Both the position numbers and the translations under genes were made by a program. The notes under the pieces were generated by a model. The model was given only the letters and a program-made list of their open reading frames with translations. It had not been told where the DNA came from and searched no databases. 64,000 nucleotides of DNA from Candidatus Marinacidobacterales bacterium (GTDB lineage: Bacteria > Acidobacteriota > Vicinamibacteria > Marinacidobacterales > SMYC01), in the NCBI GenBank assembly GCA_965237955.1, contig OZ250169.1, positions 1,536,001 through 1,600,000 of the forward strand, in the 5' to 3' direction. Shown in pieces: positions 30,402-43,891 of the stretch. How positions within the stretch are numbered: the first letter of the stretch is position 1; each line of letters begins with the position of its first letter.

Positions 30402-30819
30402 GCGCGTTGAGCACACGCAGCCCGACTTGTTAAAGCGCTAGTCATAGAGCACCAACGAAACGCCGATACGATATCGGGTGAATCCGTACCGCGCGGACCC
30501 GACCCCCTAGTTGACAGAAGTGTGGACCAACCATCCCCATCTCCCTTGGGAAACGCGATTTTTTCTCACGTCCAGAAGAGTGGACAGAAAGGCCAGGAGA
30601 AACGACAGCGCCCGATCGGACGTGAACAGCAGAATTTCCTTCAGCCAACTAGTGACCAACCGACGAGCCTCCTGAAACGACGCTCATGTTACATCGAATC
30701 GACGGGCAAGCCTCAGGACCCTAACGCTGCCGGACGTTGACGCGCCCGCAAGCTATGTCTAGAATGTTCGTTCGGCTTCTTGATAGGTTCCCATTCTCAC
30801 GCGCATCAGATATTCCCAT

Positions 30820-30905
<86 letters not shown>

Positions 30906-30934
30906 TACGATTCTTTTGGTTATAGGTTTCTAAG

Positions 30935-32206
30935 TTGAAAGTAGACTACGCAGAAGACGGCTCGGCGCTTCGGCATCTCGATATCGAGCTGCCGGCAGAG
31001 GAGCTGAACGACGAGTTCGAAAAAGGCGTCGTAAAGCTCCGGAAGTCGGTGAAGCTTCCCGGTTTCCGCAAGGGTAAGATTCCGAAGGACGTCATCCGCT
31101 CCCGCTTCCACTCGGATGTTCTCGAGCAAGCCGTTCACGACTTGCTGAACAAGGCCGTGCGCGACGCCTTGAAGGCCCGGGAGCTCTACCCTCTCGGCGA
31201 CCCCCAGATCAGTAACCTCGAGCCCAAGCTCGGCGAGCCACTTCGTTTCCGGGCATCGTTCGAAGTCATGCCCAACGTCGACGCCAAGGATTATGAAGGC
31301 CTCGAGGTAACCGAACAAAAGACCGAGGTTACCGAAGAGCAAATCGACCAAGGTATCGACCACCTCCGCGAGCAAAACGCGAGATTAGATCCCATCGAAG
31401 GGCGAGGCGCCCAGGATCATGACTTCGTGATGGGCGATCTGGTCGAGACCCCGTCGCTCGGAGGTGCCGCCGAGCGCCACGAAGGTGTTTCTTTCGAGGT
31501 GGGCTCGGAGGCCTACCATGAGGCGCTCCACGAGAAGCTCCAAGGCGCCGAGGCCGGCGCTCGGGTGCATTTTTCGGCCACGTTCCCCGCCGAGCACGGG
31601 GATCCAGAGCGCCGAGGGAAGAGCTTCGATGTCGTCTTCGAGGTCAAAGAGCTCAAACAGAAAGTGCTCCCCGACGCTGACGACGAGTTCGCCAAGGACA
31701 TTGGGGAGCACGACACTCTGGACGAGGTCAGAGCGGCGCTCCGAAGCCAGGCTGAAGAGCGCGCCCGACGCGACGACGAGCAGCACCTCCGCAGCCAGCT
31801 CCTCGAGAAAGTCATTGCTGCCAACGCTTTCGACGCACCCGCGTCGCTGGTAGAGGTCGAGCTCGACGGACGGGTCGAGGCCGCCGCCCGGGATCTCTAC
31901 GGGAGGGGCATCGACCCCCGCCAGGCGGGGATCGATTGGAGTAAAGTGCGTAGCGAGCAGCGGGCCTCCGCCGAAAACGCAGTGAAAGCAACCTTGCTCC
32001 TCGACAGCATCGTCAAGCAGGAAAAGCTCGAGGAGACCGAGGAAGAGGTGTCGGTCGAGGTCGAAAAAGCTTCGAAGGCGCTCGAGAAGAGCCCCGAGGC
32101 GACTCGGGCCCAAATGATGAAAGACGGTACGCTAGAACGAGTTAGAGGTAGATTGCGCCGCGAGAAGGCGGTTGACTTCGTAAAGCTTCGTGCTAAACTT
32201 AAATAG
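30935..32206 (+). CDS. tig: trigger factor
   Basis: PGFRKGKIP ribosome-binding motif; position upstream of clpP. Confidence 0.95.
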   Translation: MKVDYAEDGSALRHLDIELPAEELNDEFEKGVVKLRKSVKLPGFRKGKIPKDVIRSRFHSDVLEQAVHDLLNKAVRDALKARELYPLGDPQISNLEPKLGEPLRFRASFEVMPNVDAKDYEGLEVTEQKTEVTEEQIDQGIDHLREQNARLDPIEGRGAQDHDFVMGDLVETPSLGGAAERHEGVSFEVGSEAYHEALHEKLQGAEAGARVHFSATFPAEHGDPERRGKSFDVVFEVKELKQKVLPDADDEFAKDIGEHDTLDEVRAALRSQAEERARRDDEQHLRSQLLEKVIAANAFDAPASLVEVELDGRVEAAARDLYGRGIDPRQAGIDWSKVRSEQRASAENAVKATLLLDSIVKQEKLEETEEEVSVEVEKASKALEKSPEATRAQMMKDGTLERVRGRLRREKAVDFVKLRAKLK

Positions 32207-32221
32207 GGGTAGGACTTACAA

Positions 32222-32803
32222 ATGCAGGTCCCAATGGTGGTCGAACAGACCAACCGGGGTGAGCGTTTCTTTGATATTTACTCGCGCTTACTCAAAGACA
32301 ACATCATATTTATAGGAACCCCGATCGACGACTATGTTGCCAACCTCGTCGTCGCTCAGCTCCTTTTTCTCGAGGCGGAAGATCCCGAAAAGGAGATCTC
32401 CGTCTACATCAACTCTCCGGGAGGCTCGGTGACGGCGGGCTTCGCCGTCTACGACACGTTCCAGTTCATCCGCCCTGACGTGACCACGTATTGCATCGGG
32501 CAGGCGGCGAGCATGGCGGCGGTGCTGCTGGCAGCGGGAACGCCGGGAAAGCGGTTCGCGCTCCCGAACTCACGCGTCATCATCCACCAACCTTCTGGTG
32601 GCACCCAGGGCCAAGCCACGGATATCAACATCCAGGCAAAGGAAATTCTCCGTACGCGCCAGCGGCTCAATGAAATCCTCTCCGTTCACACGGGGCAGGA
32701 CATTCCCAAGATCGAACAAGATGTCGAGCGGGACTTCATCATGACGGCCGACCTCGCCCGCGACTACGGCATCATCGACCAGGTCATCGACAGGCGTTCC
32801 TAA
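32222..32803 (+). CDS. clpP: ATP-dependent Clp protease proteolytic subunit
   Basis: DIYSRLL, YINSPGG, GQAASM, HQP. Confidence 0.98.
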   Translation: MQVPMVVEQTNRGERFFDIYSRLLKDNIIFIGTPIDDYVANLVVAQLLFLEAEDPEKEISVYINSPGGSVTAGFAVYDTFQFIRPDVTTYCIGQAASMAAVLLAAGTPGKRFALPNSRVIIHQPSGGTQGQATDINIQAKEILRTRQRLNEILSVHTGQDIPKIEQDVERDFIMTADLARDYGIIDQVIDRRS

Positions 32804-32823
32804 CGCGCACGAGGACGAAAAGA

Positions 32824-34074
32824 GTGGCCAAAAAGAACGGGGACCCGGAAGTACTTCGTTGCTCCTTCTGTAACAAGGATCAGAGCGACGTGCGCAAGCT
32901 CATCGCCGGTCCCACCGTCTTCATCTGCGACGAGTGTGTCGAGGTCTGTAACGACATCATCGCAGACGATCATCGTTTCGAGAACCGCTCTCAGCGCTCG
33001 AACCTACCGACGCCCGTCGAGGTCAAACAGTTCCTCGACGAGTACGTCGTCGGGCAGGAAGAGGCCAAAAAGCGGCTCGCGGTAGCGGTCTACAACCACT
33101 ACAAGCGCGTCAATATCATGAAGTCGAAAGGGCGCCAGGACGTCGAGCTCACCAAGAGCAACATTCTGCTCATCGGCGCGACCGGCACAGGCAAAACGCT
33201 TCTCGCACAAACCCTCGCGAAGCTTCTCTCGGTTCCGTTCACGATCGTGGACGCCACCACGCTCACCGAGGCCGGCTACGTCGGCGAAGATGTGGAGAAC
33301 ATCATCCTCAAGCTCCTCCAGGCGGCTCAAGGCGATATCGAAAAGTGCCAGGAAGGCATCATTTATATCGACGAGATCGACAAGATCTGCCGCAAGGACG
33401 AGAACCCTTCCATTACCCGTGACGTCTCGGGCGAAGGTGTGCAGCAGGCTCTGCTCAAGATCCTCGAAGGCACGGTCGCGAATGTGCCGCCCCAGGGAGG
33501 CCGCAAACACCCTCACCAGGAGTTCTACCAGATCGACACGACGAACATTCTGTTCATCGTCGGCGGTGCGTTCGTCGGACTCGACAAGCTCATCGAGCGG
33601 CGCGCGGGCAAGAAGAGCCTCGGGTTCCGGGCCGACATCAAGAAGGTCAAGGTCAAAGCGAGCGACAAGGAAAACTTCTTCAGCCAGGTGCAGCCGATGG
33701 ACCTCATCAAGTACGGGCTCATCCCCGAGTTCGTCGGAAGACTCCCGGTCCTGGGCACGCTCCACGAGCTCGGTCGTGATGCCCTCATCCGCATCATGAG
33801 CGAACCGAGAAACGCCATCACCAAGCAATACCAGCGCCTGTTCGAGTACGAGAACGTGAAGCTTCGATTCACCGACGAAGCCTTGGGTGCCATCGCCGAC
33901 CAGGCGGTCGAGCGCAAGATCGGGGCCCGGGGCCTCCGGATGATCATCGAAGACCTCATGCTCGACCTGATGTATAATCTGCCGTCTCAAAAGAAGGTCA
34001 AAGAAGTCGTCGTCACCAAGGAGGTCGTGGAAGACCGCGAGAAGCCGGTGACCTTAATCGAAAAGGCGGGCTAG
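32824..34074 (+). CDS. clpX: ATP-dependent Clp protease ATPase subunit
   Basis: CSFC Zn finger, [25 protein letters not shown]. Confidence 0.98.
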   Translation: MAKKNGDPEVLRCSFCNKDQSDVRKLIAGPTVFICDECVEVCNDIIADDHRFENRSQRSNLPTPVEVKQFLDEYVVGQEEAKKRLAVAVYNHYKRVNIMKSKGRQDVELTKSNILLIGATGTGKTLLAQTLAKLLSVPFTIVDATTLTEAGYVGEDVENIILKLLQAAQGDIEKCQEGIIYIDEIDKICRKDENPSITRDVSGEGVQQALLKILEGTVANVPPQGGRKHPHQEFYQIDTTNILFIVGGAFVGLDKLIERRAGKKSLGFRADIKKVKVKASDKENFFSQVQPMDLIKYGLIPEFVGRLPVLGTLHELGRDALIRIMSEPRNAITKQYQRLFEYENVKLRFTDEALGAIADQAVERKIGARGLRMIIEDLMLDLMYNLPSQKKVKEVVVTKEVVEDREKPVTLIEKAG

Positions 34075-34271
34075 GCACTGGGGGTTTCCGGCGCCAGGCC
34101 GGAGACGATTGGAATTTAGACTCTTTTTTAATTTTCAATTCGAACCAAACGTAACACTTGTCGCTAGGCTCGCCTTTTCGGCGAGTCGAAAATCCCCGAA
34201 TTTGAACCCAAGCACTCGGACCGTGAGCCCGGATTGAACACGAGCCGCACCACGAGCAAGTAACGAGGCAT

Positions 34272-36734
34272 ATGTTCGGAGCCAAGAGCAAAGATCGCGC
34301 TGAAGTCTACGAGACCCTCCCCATGGTCCCCCTGAGAGACGTGGTGATCTTCCCGTACATGATGATGCCCTTCGTCATCGGGCGCTCGTCATCGGTACGT
34401 GCCCTGGAGTATGCGCTAGCGCACGACCGGCGTATCTTCTTGGCCGCGCAGCTCGACGCGACCACCGACGACCCCGGCGCGCCCGACATCTACACCGTGG
34501 GCACGGTGTCGAACATCCTGCAATCGGTCAAGCTTCCCGATGGGAACATCAAGGTCCTCGTCGAGGGCGCCGACCGTGGCCGCACCATCGAGTGTCGCGA
34601 CGAAGAGGGGTTTTACAAAGTCGTGGTGAAGACGGTGCCCAAGCCCCAGGATTTGCCGGTCGAAGCGGACGAGCTCATGAGTAAAGTCGTCTCGCTGTTC
34701 GAGCAGTACGTCAAGCTCGCGAGCAACTTGCAAAGCGAAGTCAAAAATGCCGCAGTGCAAGTCGACGATCCCGGCAAGCTCTCCGACACCATTGCGTCTC
34801 ACCTAGTCATGACGGTAGACGAGAAGCAGAACCTCCTCGAGATTTGGAATCCGGTGGAGCGCCTCACCCGGATCGCGACCGCGCTCGAGCTCGAAGTGGA
34901 CAAGTTTCAGGTCGACCGGCGCGTCCAGGGTCGCGTACGCAAACAAATGGAGCGCGCTCAGAAGGAGTACTACCTCAACGAGAAGATGAAGGCGATCCAG
35001 AAGGAGCTCGGCAAGAAAGACGACAAAGGCAACGAGGTCGACGAGCTGCGGACGAAAATCGTCGAGTCGAAGATGAGCAAAGAGGCCGAGGAGAAGGCCA
35101 TTGTCGAGCTCAAACGCCTCGAGGTGATGCCACCGATGTCCGCCGAGGCGACGGTGTCGCGCAACTACCTCGATTGGCTCCTCGCCGTTCCGTGGTCGAA
35201 AAAGACTCGTGAAAGCCGCGATATCACGCGCGCCGAGCGCATCCTCGACGAAGACCACTATGGTCTCGCAAAAGTGAAAGACCGCTTCATCGAGTTCCTC
35301 GCGGTACGCCAACTCGTCAGAAAACAGCGCGGTCCGATCCTCTGCCTCGTGGGCCCTCCCGGCGTCGGCAAAACGTCACTCGCGAAGTCGGTCGCGCGCG
35401 CGACCAACCGCAAATTCGTGCGGTTGTCGCTCGGCGACGTCCGTGACGAAGCCGAGGTCCGCGGTCATCGCCGGACCTATATCGGCGCGTTCCCTGGTCA
35501 AATCATCCAAATGATGAAAAAGGCCGGGACGATCAACCCGCTGATCCTGCTCGATGAATTAGACAAGATGAGCATGGATTTTCGCGGTGATCCGGCATCG
35601 GCGCTTCTCGAAGTCCTCGACCCCGAGCAGAACCATTCGTTTCAGGATCATTACCTCGACGTCGACTACGACCTGTCGAACGCGATGTTCATCGCGACCG
35701 CGAACGTGTTACAGAACATGCCGCAGGCGTTGATGGACCGCCTCGAGGTCATCCGCCTTCCCGGCTACACCGAAGAAGAAAAGATTCAGATCGCGAAACG
35801 ATTTCTCGTCGCAAAGCAAAAAGAGGCCAACGGGCTCAAGAACAAGAACGTTTCGCTGGACGACGCGGCACTGATCGAGATGATCCGCCGCTACACGCGT
35901 GAAGCCGGTGTCCGCAGCCTCGAGCGCGAGATCGCGTCGATCTTTCGTAAAGTGGCGCGAAGCATCGTCAAAGCCAACAAGAAAGCTACCGACGAGGCTC
36001 TCCATATCGAGCAAAGGGCGATCGGCGACTACCTCGGGGTCCCCAAATATCGACCGCGAAGCAAGGAAGGCGAGGCGGAAGTCGGTACGGCGACGGGACT
36101 CGCGTGGACGGAAGTGGGTGGCGAGCTGTTGACGACCGAAGCCACGTTCATGCCCGGCAAGGGAGATCTCACGCTGACGGGAAAGCTCGGCGACGTGATG
36201 CAGGAGTCGGCGCGCACGGCGCTCTCCGTCATCCGCTCTCGCGCGGAGCGCTACGGGCTCCCCAAGGACTTTCACAAGAAGATCGACATCCATTTGCACG
36301 TTCCCGAAGGCGCGATCCCGAAAGACGGGCCCTCCGCTGGCATTACGCTCGCGACGGCGCTCCTGTCCGCGCTCTCGGACGTTCCAGTGCGCTCAGATGT
36401 GGCCATGACCGGCGAGATTACGCTTCGAGGTAAGGTGCTTCCCATCGGTGGTGTCAAGGAAAAGCTCCTTGCTGCGCACCGCGCGGGCATCATCAACATC
36501 GTCATGCCCGTCGACAACGAAAAAGACCTGAGCGAAATTCCGGACGAGATCCGGAAACAGCTTTCCATCAAGCTCGTCGACAAGGTCGATGACGTCTTCG
36601 AGACCGCGCTCACGTCGCCACCGCGCGTGGCCTCCGATGATTCTCTCGAGCCTCTCGAAGACGATACGGAGCTCGAGCCCGACCTGCCGCCCGAGGACGA
36701 GGGGCCGGTTGCGGGCGAATCGATTGCGCATTAA
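34272..36734 (+). CDS. lon: Lon protease
   Basis: [23 protein letters not shown]. Confidence 0.98.
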   Translation: MFGAKSKDRAEVYETLPMVPLRDVVIFPYMMMPFVIGRSSSVRALEYALAHDRRIFLAAQLDATTDDPGAPDIYTVGTVSNILQSVKLPDGNIKVLVEGADRGRTIECRDEEGFYKVVVKTVPKPQDLPVEADELMSKVVSLFEQYVKLASNLQSEVKNAAVQVDDPGKLSDTIASHLVMTVDEKQNLLEIWNPVERLTRIATALELEVDKFQVDRRVQGRVRKQMERAQKEYYLNEKMKAIQKELGKKDDKGNEVDELRTKIVESKMSKEAEEKAIVELKRLEVMPPMSAEATVSRNYLDWLLAVPWSKKTRESRDITRAERILDEDHYGLAKVKDRFIEFLAVRQLVRKQRGPILCLVGPPGVGKTSLAKSVARATNRKFVRLSLGDVRDEAEVRGHRRTYIGAFPGQIIQMMKKAGTINPLILLDELDKMSMDFRGDPASALLEVLDPEQNHSFQDHYLDVDYDLSNAMFIATANVLQNMPQALMDRLEVIRLPGYTEEEKIQIAKRFLVAKQKEANGLKNKNVSLDDAALIEMIRRYTREAGVRSLEREIASIFRKVARSIVKANKKATDEALHIEQRAIGDYLGVPKYRPRSKEGEAEVGTATGLAWTEVGGELLTTEATFMPGKGDLTLTGKLGDVMQESARTALSVIRSRAERYGLPKDFHKKIDIHLHVPEGAIPKDGPSAGITLATALLSALSDVPVRSDVAMTGEITLRGKVLPIGGVKEKLLAAHRAGIINIVMPVDNEKDLSEIPDEIRKQLSIKLVDKVDDVFETALTSPPRVASDDSLEPLEDDTELEPDLPPEDEGPVAGESIAH

Positions 36735-37376
36735 GACATTAGGTGACCGGGGTCGGTCACTTCTGTAACAACCTTCTGGGGTTCTCATTCATCCATGAAC
36801 GAGACGGTAATGCATCATGAAGAAGACGCTCTCCGTCGAATTCGTCACCAGCGCGGCGCAACCGAGCGATTTCCCGAAACGAGATCTTCCCGAGGTCGCC
36901 GTGGTGGGCCGCTCCAACGTAGGCAAGTCCAGCCTTTTGAACCGGCTGACGGGCGCGAAGCGTATGGCGTTCGTCTCGAAAACTCCCGGTCGGACGCAGC
37001 TCGTCAACTTTTTTCGGCTTGGCGGCGAGATGATGCTCGTCGACCTCCCTGGCTACGGCTTCGCAAAAGTACCGGCGTCCGTGCGCCAGAACTGGGAGAA
37101 GCTGGTGACGGCCTACCTCTTCGAGCGGGAGGCGGCGCTTCGTTTGGCTCTGCTTCTGGTGGACGTGCGCCGCGAGCCGATGCACATCGATATTCAGGTC
37201 CGCGACCTGCTCGTTCAGGGCGAGGTGGCGCATGCCGTCGTCGCCACCAAGGCGGACAAACTTTCAAAGAGCCGCGTCCGGCAACAACGGGCGAAGCTCG
37301 AACGCATTTATGGGGCCGAGGGGAAAGTACCCCTTATCACTTTTTCCGCGGTCACGAATGAAGGAAGGAACGAGTT

Positions 37377-38732
<1,356 letters not shown>

Positions 38733-38801
38733 TTCAGCATTCACCAAAATGCCTAGGCAAATGCGCTACAATGGAGGATCGCATTTGCCCTAGGAGCAGC
38801 T

Positions 38802-39038
38802 ATGAAACCCGATATTCACCCTAAATACGAGGACGTCAACGTTCGCTGCGCGTGCGGGGAGACGTACACCACGCGCTCCACGAAGGGGAGCGAGATCCGC
38901 CTGGAAATTTGCTCGAAGTGCCATCCGTTCTTCACCGGCAAACAGAAGCTCATCGACTCGGCAGGCCGGGTCGAGCGCTTCAAGCAGAAATACGGCGACA
39001 TCACGCGTAAGAAGAAGAAGGCGGCCGCGACCACCTAA
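38802..39038 (+). CDS. rpmE: 50S ribosomal protein L31 (Zn-binding type)
   Basis: MKPDIHP, CAC...[10 protein letters not shown]. Confidence 0.97.
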   Translation: MKPDIHPKYEDVNVRCACGETYTTRSTKGSEIRLEICSKCHPFFTGKQKLIDSAGRVERFKQKYGDITRKKKKAAATT

Positions 39039-39060
39039 GGCCCCAGTTAAGAGAAGCCCG

Positions 39061-40152
39061 ATGTCGAACCTGGAGCAAAAGCTCGAGGCCGTCGAAAAGC
39101 GATTCGACGAGATCACCGCCGAGCTAGGCAAGCCCGAGGTCGTTTCCGACCCCGCGCGCATCCGTAGCCTGGCGAAAGTGCGCTCGGAGCTCGAGCCGGT
39201 GGTTGAACAGTACCGCCAGTTGAAGACCACCAAGAGCCAGCTCGAGGAGACTCGCGACATGCTGGCGGAAGCGGATGAGGAAGAGCTCAAAGCCCTCGCC
39301 CAAGAAGAGCTCGCACGGCTGGAAAAAGAGCTCGAGCGCCTCACCCAAGAAATCCGACTTCACTTGTTGCCCAAGGATCCGAACGACGAGCGCAACGTAC
39401 TACTCGAGATCCGCGCCGGTACCGGAGGCGACGAAGCGGCACTGTTCGCCCAAGAGATCTTCCGCATGTACACGCAATACGCGGAGCAGCAAGGGTGGAA
39501 AGTCCAAGTCATGAACGTCAACGACACCGGTATCGGCGGTATCAAAGAAGTCGTGGCGTTGATCGAGGGCAAAGGCGCGTACAGCCGGCTCAAGTACGAA
39601 AGCGGCGTGCACCGCGTACAGAGGGTTCCGGCGACAGAAGCGTCCGGCCGCATCCACACGTCAGCGGTCACCGTTGCCGTGCTTCCCGAAGCAGACGACG
39701 TCGAAATCGCAATCGATCCGAAAGAGCTTCGCATCGATACCTATTGCTCGTCGGGCCCGGGCGGTCAGAGCGTGAACACGACGTACTCCGCGGTGCGGAT
39801 CACGCATGAGCCCACCGGACTCGTCGTCACCTGCCAGGACGAGAAGTCGCAGATCAAGAACAAAGCGAAAGCGATGCGGGTGCTGCGCTCCCGGCTCTAC
39901 GACCTGGCGCGCAAGAAGCAACAAGACCAAATCGCGAGCGAGCGCAAGGGCCAGATCGGCTCGGGAGATCGCAGCGAGAAGATCCGCACCTACAACTTTC
40001 GCGAAGGCCGCGTGACCGACCATCGCATCCACTTGACGCTACACCAGCTCAGTACCATCCTCGACGGCAACTTGGACAGAGTCATCGACTCTCTCGTCAC
40101 TCACTACCAGACGGAAAAACTCAAAGAGGCCGAGGCCACCGTCTCGTCGTGA
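39061..40152 (+). CDS. prfA: peptide chain release factor 1
   Basis: PAT tripeptide, GGQ motif. Confidence 0.97.
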   Translation: MSNLEQKLEAVEKRFDEITAELGKPEVVSDPARIRSLAKVRSELEPVVEQYRQLKTTKSQLEETRDMLAEADEEELKALAQEELARLEKELERLTQEIRLHLLPKDPNDERNVLLEIRAGTGGDEAALFAQEIFRMYTQYAEQQGWKVQVMNVNDTGIGGIKEVVALIEGKGAYSRLKYESGVHRVQRVPATEASGRIHTSAVTVAVLPEADDVEIAIDPKELRIDTYCSSGPGGQSVNTTYSAVRITHEPTGLVVTCQDEKSQIKNKAKAMRVLRSRLYDLARKKQQDQIASERKGQIGSGDRSEKIRTYNFREGRVTDHRIHLTLHQLSTILDGNLDRVIDSLVTHYQTEKLKEAEATVSS

Positions 40153-41018
40153 CCTCCGGCGGAAACCGCCTCATGAGCGCAGGGCGGCTTCTGCAACGAG
40201 GCGTCTCTGAGCTCGAACGTGCCGGTGTCGCCGACTCACGAATCCAAGCAGAGCTTTTGCTGCGGCATGCGCTCGGCTGCTCGCGTGAGTCGCTTTTGGC
40301 GCGGCTTCACGAGCCCGTTCCCGCCGAAGCATCGGGCCACTTCTTCCAGCTTGTCGAGCGAAGACGCGGCCGAGTTCCGGTTCAATACGTCGTCGGGGCC
40401 CAAGAGTTCTTCGGCCTGAGCTTTCGAGTTACCCCCGCGGTCCTCATCCCCCGTCCCGAGTCCGAAGGTCTCGTCGAAGAAGCCGTGCGCGAGCTCGGCG
40501 ATGCCCACGAGCCGCGCATCGTCGACGTCGGTTGCGGTAGCGGCTGCGTCACCGTCGCCATCGCTCACACATTGGCCGAAGCCGAGCTCGTCGCCATCGA
40601 CCAGTCGCCGGCGGCGCTCGCGATCGCGCGGGAAAACGCGCTACGCAATGGCGTGGCAAGCCGTATCGAGTTTCTCGAGGGCGATCTTCTCATCCCTCTC
40701 CAAACCGGAGACGTCGACGCTATCGTCTCCAATCCGCCGTACGTCCCCGACGACGAGCTCGAAACCCTCGAGCCCGAAGTTTCCGAGCACGAGCCTCGGC
40801 AAGCGTTGTCAGGCGGTAAGGACGGACTGTCGGTGATCGAACGCCTCTTGCCGGCAGCTGACAAAGCCCTCCGGCCCGGCGGGTTTTTCTTCATGGAGAT
40901 CGGCCACGATCAGGACGAACGCGTGAAAGAGCTCGTCACAAAAGCAGGTCTCGAGCATCTTCGCACGGTCCCCGACCTCGCGGGCATTCCCAGAATCGTC
41001 GTCGCCAAGAAACCCTGA
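40149..41018 (+). CDS. prmC: release factor glutamine methyltransferase
   Basis: VLIPRPE, DVGCGSG, NPPY. Confidence 0.95.
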   Translation: MTSGGNRLMSAGRLLQRGVSELERAGVADSRIQAELLLRHALGCSRESLLARLHEPVPAEASGHFFQLVERRRGRVPVQYVVGAQEFFGLSFRVTPAVLIPRPESEGLVEEAVRELGDAHEPRIVDVGCGSGCVTVAIAHTLAEAELVAIDQSPAALAIARENALRNGVASRIEFLEGDLLIPLQTGDVDAIVSNPPYVPDDELETLEPEVSEHEPRQALSGGKDGLSVIERLLPAADKALRPGGFFFMEIGHDQDERVKELVTKAGLEHLRTVPDLAGIPRIVVAKKP

Positions 41019-42275
41019 ATGGACAAGCTCCGGATCGTCGGCGGCCGGCGACTCGCCGGGAAGCTCCATGTCGGCGGAGCCAAGAACGCGTCTCTTCCCG
41101 CGATGGCGGCTTCGCTCCTGACCGATGCGCCGGTTCATCTCGCGAACCTGCCAGACGTGTGGGACGTCGGGACGATGAGACGGCTCCTGTTGCGACTCGG
41201 GACGAGCGTGACGCAGCCTTCTCTCCACGAGGCAAGCCTCACCACCGACTCGCTGACCTCGCACGAGGCGTCGTACGAGCTGGTCAAGACCATGAGAGCT
41301 TCGGTGCTCGTATTGGGTCCGCTTCTGGCACGGCATGGTCGGGCGCACGTCTCGCTCCCGGGAGGATGCGCCATCGGCGCTCGCCCCATCGACCAACACA
41401 TCGCCGGACTGGAGAAACTCGGGGCCCACATCAACCTCGACCACGGTTTCATCGATGCCGAGACCGACGGGCTCGTCGGCGCGACGATCCACTTCGACAA
41501 CGTGACCGTCGGCGGGACCGAGAACCTGATGATGGCCGCATGCCTCGCGCGCGGGGAAACCATTCTCGAGAATTGCGCTCGGGAGCCCGAGATCGTGGAC
41601 CTTGCCGAGCTCCTCACGGGCATGGGCGCGACCATCGAAGGTGCGGGTACGGCGCGTATCCGTATCGAAGGCGTCGCGCGTCTCGGTGGTACCACCCATT
41701 CGATCCAACCCGATCGTATCGAGGCCGCAACCTACCTCATCGCGGGCGCGCTCACCGGAGATGACGTCGAGCTTCGGGAATGTCGGCCCGAGCATCTCGG
41801 CGCGCTCTGTCAAGCGATTCGCGACATCGGTGTCCCGGTCGAGATTGGCGACGGCTCGATTCGCGTCCAGGGAGCCGATTGTGATCTCCGCGCGCTCGAC
41901 ATCGAGACCGCTCCGTATCCCGGCTTCGCGACAGACATGCAGGCACAACTGATGGTGCTCCTCACCCAAGCGAGCGGCGAAAGCCGTATCGTCGAGACCA
42001 TCTTCGAGAATCGCTTCATGCACGTCGCCGAGCTGAGCCGGATGGGCGCACGTATCGATCTCCACGGAAATCACGCGACCGTGGCAGGACCCACACCGCT
42101 TTATGCAGCCAACGTCATGGCGACGGACCTGCGGGCAAGCGCATGCCTGGTGCTCGCTGGACTCGTGGCCGAAGGTGAAACCATCATCGATCGCGTCTAC
42201 CACCTCGATCGAGGCTACGAGCACATCGAGGAGAAGCTTCACGGGCTTGGCGCCGAAGTCGAGCGCGTCGTTTGA
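41019..42275 (+). CDS. murA: UDP-N-acetylglucosamine 1-carboxyvinyltransferase
   Basis: GAKNA, MRAS, LPGGCAIGARP, ATDLRA. Confidence 0.97.
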   Translation: MDKLRIVGGRRLAGKLHVGGAKNASLPAMAASLLTDAPVHLANLPDVWDVGTMRRLLLRLGTSVTQPSLHEASLTTDSLTSHEASYELVKTMRASVLVLGPLLARHGRAHVSLPGGCAIGARPIDQHIAGLEKLGAHINLDHGFIDAETDGLVGATIHFDNVTVGGTENLMMAACLARGETILENCAREPEIVDLAELLTGMGATIEGAGTARIRIEGVARLGGTTHSIQPDRIEAATYLIAGALTGDDVELRECRPEHLGALCQAIRDIGVPVEIGDGSIRVQGADCDLRALDIETAPYPGFATDMQAQLMVLLTQASGESRIVETIFENRFMHVAELSRMGARIDLHGNHATVAGPTPLYAANVMATDLRASACLVLAGLVAEGETIIDRVYHLDRGYEHIEEKLHGLGAEVERVV

Positions 42276-42314
42276 CCTGCTGCAAGAATGTGGCAGTCGG
42301 TATACGGCCGCTGT

Positions 42315-42995
42315 TCACTTCCCGACTGTGACCAGCACCGTCGACGAGCTCACCGCCTTGTAGAACAGACCGTTCGTTTGCATCAAGATATCGAGGACCT
42401 CGCGGTAAGAAACCCCCTCGAGATCGACGGCGACGCGCTTGTCCCGAAACGACTCGTCGAAGAGGATGTTGACGCCCGCGAGCTCGGCGAGCGTTTCCAA
42501 CACGGTGCGGAGGCTCGAGCCCTCGGGAAACTTCACGTGGATCGGCTCCGGCGAGCTCGGGTCGAGGATGGGCTCGTCTTGCCGGAACGGCGAGAACGGC
42601 GAGATGCGTGCCGTCGGTTTTCGTGGAGCAGGTCGTTCGTGGCGACCGCGGCGCTCGCGTAGCTCCTCGAGCTCGTCGCGCGCGTAGCGATTCGTCGGAT
42701 CGTAATCGAGAGCGATCTCGAACCCTTCGATGGCCGCATCGATGTCGGCGGCGGCGGCGTAGGTGCGCGCGTCCTCCAAGTGGACGCGCGAAGCTTCGAG
42801 AAGGGCTCGCTCGAAGGCGATCCGGTACTCGACGTTGTCGGGTTCCTCGGCGAGCGCTCTTTCGTAGTATCGAACCGCGGCATCCCACTCGCCGGTTCGA
42901 GCCGCGTCGTGACCGCGCTCGAACGCGCCCGACGACGACGATTGGCAGGCTGTAACCGCGAGAATGGCAACCGCGGCAATCCGGGCAAGCTCCAT
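42315..42995 (-). CDS. TPR lipoprotein with a secretin N0/STN-like domain and no secretin barrel
   Basis: Lipobox VTAC, TPR helices, LRTVLETLAELAGVNILFD...LDIL...LFYK. Confidence 0.7.
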   Translation of the reverse strand: MELARIAAVAILAVTACQSSSSGAFERGHDAARTGEWDAAVRYYERALAEEPDNVEYRIAFERALLEASRVHLEDARTYAAAADIDAAIEGFEIALDYDPTNRYARDELEELRERRGRHERPAPRKPTARISPFSPFRQDEPILDPSSPEPIHVKFPEGSSLRTVLETLAELAGVNILFDESFRDKRVAVDLEGVSYREVLDILMQTNGLFYKAVSSSTVLVTVGK

Positions 42996-43214
42996 GCTCT
43001 ATTCTACAGGGGCTCTTACAAATACACGTATCCGCAGGCTGGACCCTCTCCTGAGCTCTCCTGGCAAGCCTGGGACCGGCGAGCCGGGCGAGCCGAGTCG
43101 ACCCCATGCAGACGCTACGTTATGAGTGAGCCCGCCTCGCTTTTTCTATAGAAAACTGGCAAACTAACTGTATCCACAACAACTGAAGAATGGGGAGGGC
43201 GCACTTCGGTGCGG

Positions 43215-43257
43215 TCGCCTTCGGCGAGTCTCGCCGTAGCCCGGAGGGCGAAGGCGG
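43215..43257. repeat. REP-like GTAG palindrome plus small hairpin
   Basis: tcgccTTCGgcga and cgccGTAGccc-ggag-ggcGAAggcg. Confidence 0.45.
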
Positions 43258-43270
43258 AAATGGGGGTCCT

Positions 43271-43891
43271 ATGATCATCTTCGGAACGCGCGGCATCACG
43301 TCGACGAAGGAAACCGGTCCGTTCAACTGCCCGTCTTGCGGAGACCAGCGAGCCTACAGTCGGCGGAGCGTCAGGCGCTTTTTCACGCTGTACTTCATCC
43401 CGATTATCCCGCTCGACGAGGTGGGTGAGTACCTCGAGTGCCTCACGTGCAAGCAACAGTTCAGCGAGGAAGTGCTTGCCTACGATCCGATCGCCGAAGC
43501 CCAGCATCTCCAGGCCGACGTCGGCGCGTCGCTGAAACGAATCCTCGCCATCATCATGATGGCCGACGGCAAGGTCGACGACGCGCAGATCGCCGCGGCG
43601 TGCCGGGGTTACGAGCAGGTTCTCGGCATCGCCGTCGACGAGCACGAGATCCGAAGCGAGATGGCGTCCGTTCAAAACGGCGAGTCCGAGCTCATCGCGG
43701 AAGCGAACCGCTTGCGCGAACAGCTCAACGAGACCAGCAAGCAAGGCGTCATCCAAGCGGCCATCGCGGTCGCACTCGCCGACGGTCCCGTCGAAGGCGC
43801 GGAGCGAACGTTCCTCGGAAATCTAGCAAGAGAGCTCAAGGTTCCGCTGAACGAAGTCCAGACGCTGCTGCGATCCGCGACGGTCGCGTGA
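43271..43891 (+). CDS. zinc-ribbon + TerB-like domain protein
   Basis: MIIFG, CPSC..FTLYFIPIIP..CLTC; two ADG motifs. Confidence 0.85.
   Translation: MIIFGTRGITSTKETGPFNCPSCGDQRAYSRRSVRRFFTLYFIPIIPLDEVGEYLECLTCKQQFSEEVLAYDPIAEAQHLQADVGASLKRILAIIMMADGKVDDAQIAAACRGYEQVLGIAVDEHEIRSEMASVQNGESELIAEANRLREQLNETSKQGVIQAAIAVALADGPVEGAERTFLGNLARELKVPLNEVQTLLRSATVA

Larger units (their letters stand above)
28582..30573 (+). mobile_element. IS1182-family element (1992 bp) with passenger ORF
   Basis: TIR GGACGTGAGAAAAAAT at both ends; 4-bp TSD AGAA (28578-28581 / 30574-30577). Confidence 0.9.
27954..30660 (-). pseudogene. potassium channel family (Ion_trans_2) protein interrupted by the IS1182-like element
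   Basis: YFSFVTLTTVGYGD selectivity filter; the N-terminal TM (DRALSFLLAFLSTLLFLIYPF) rejoins across the AGAA TSD. Confidence 0.8.
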
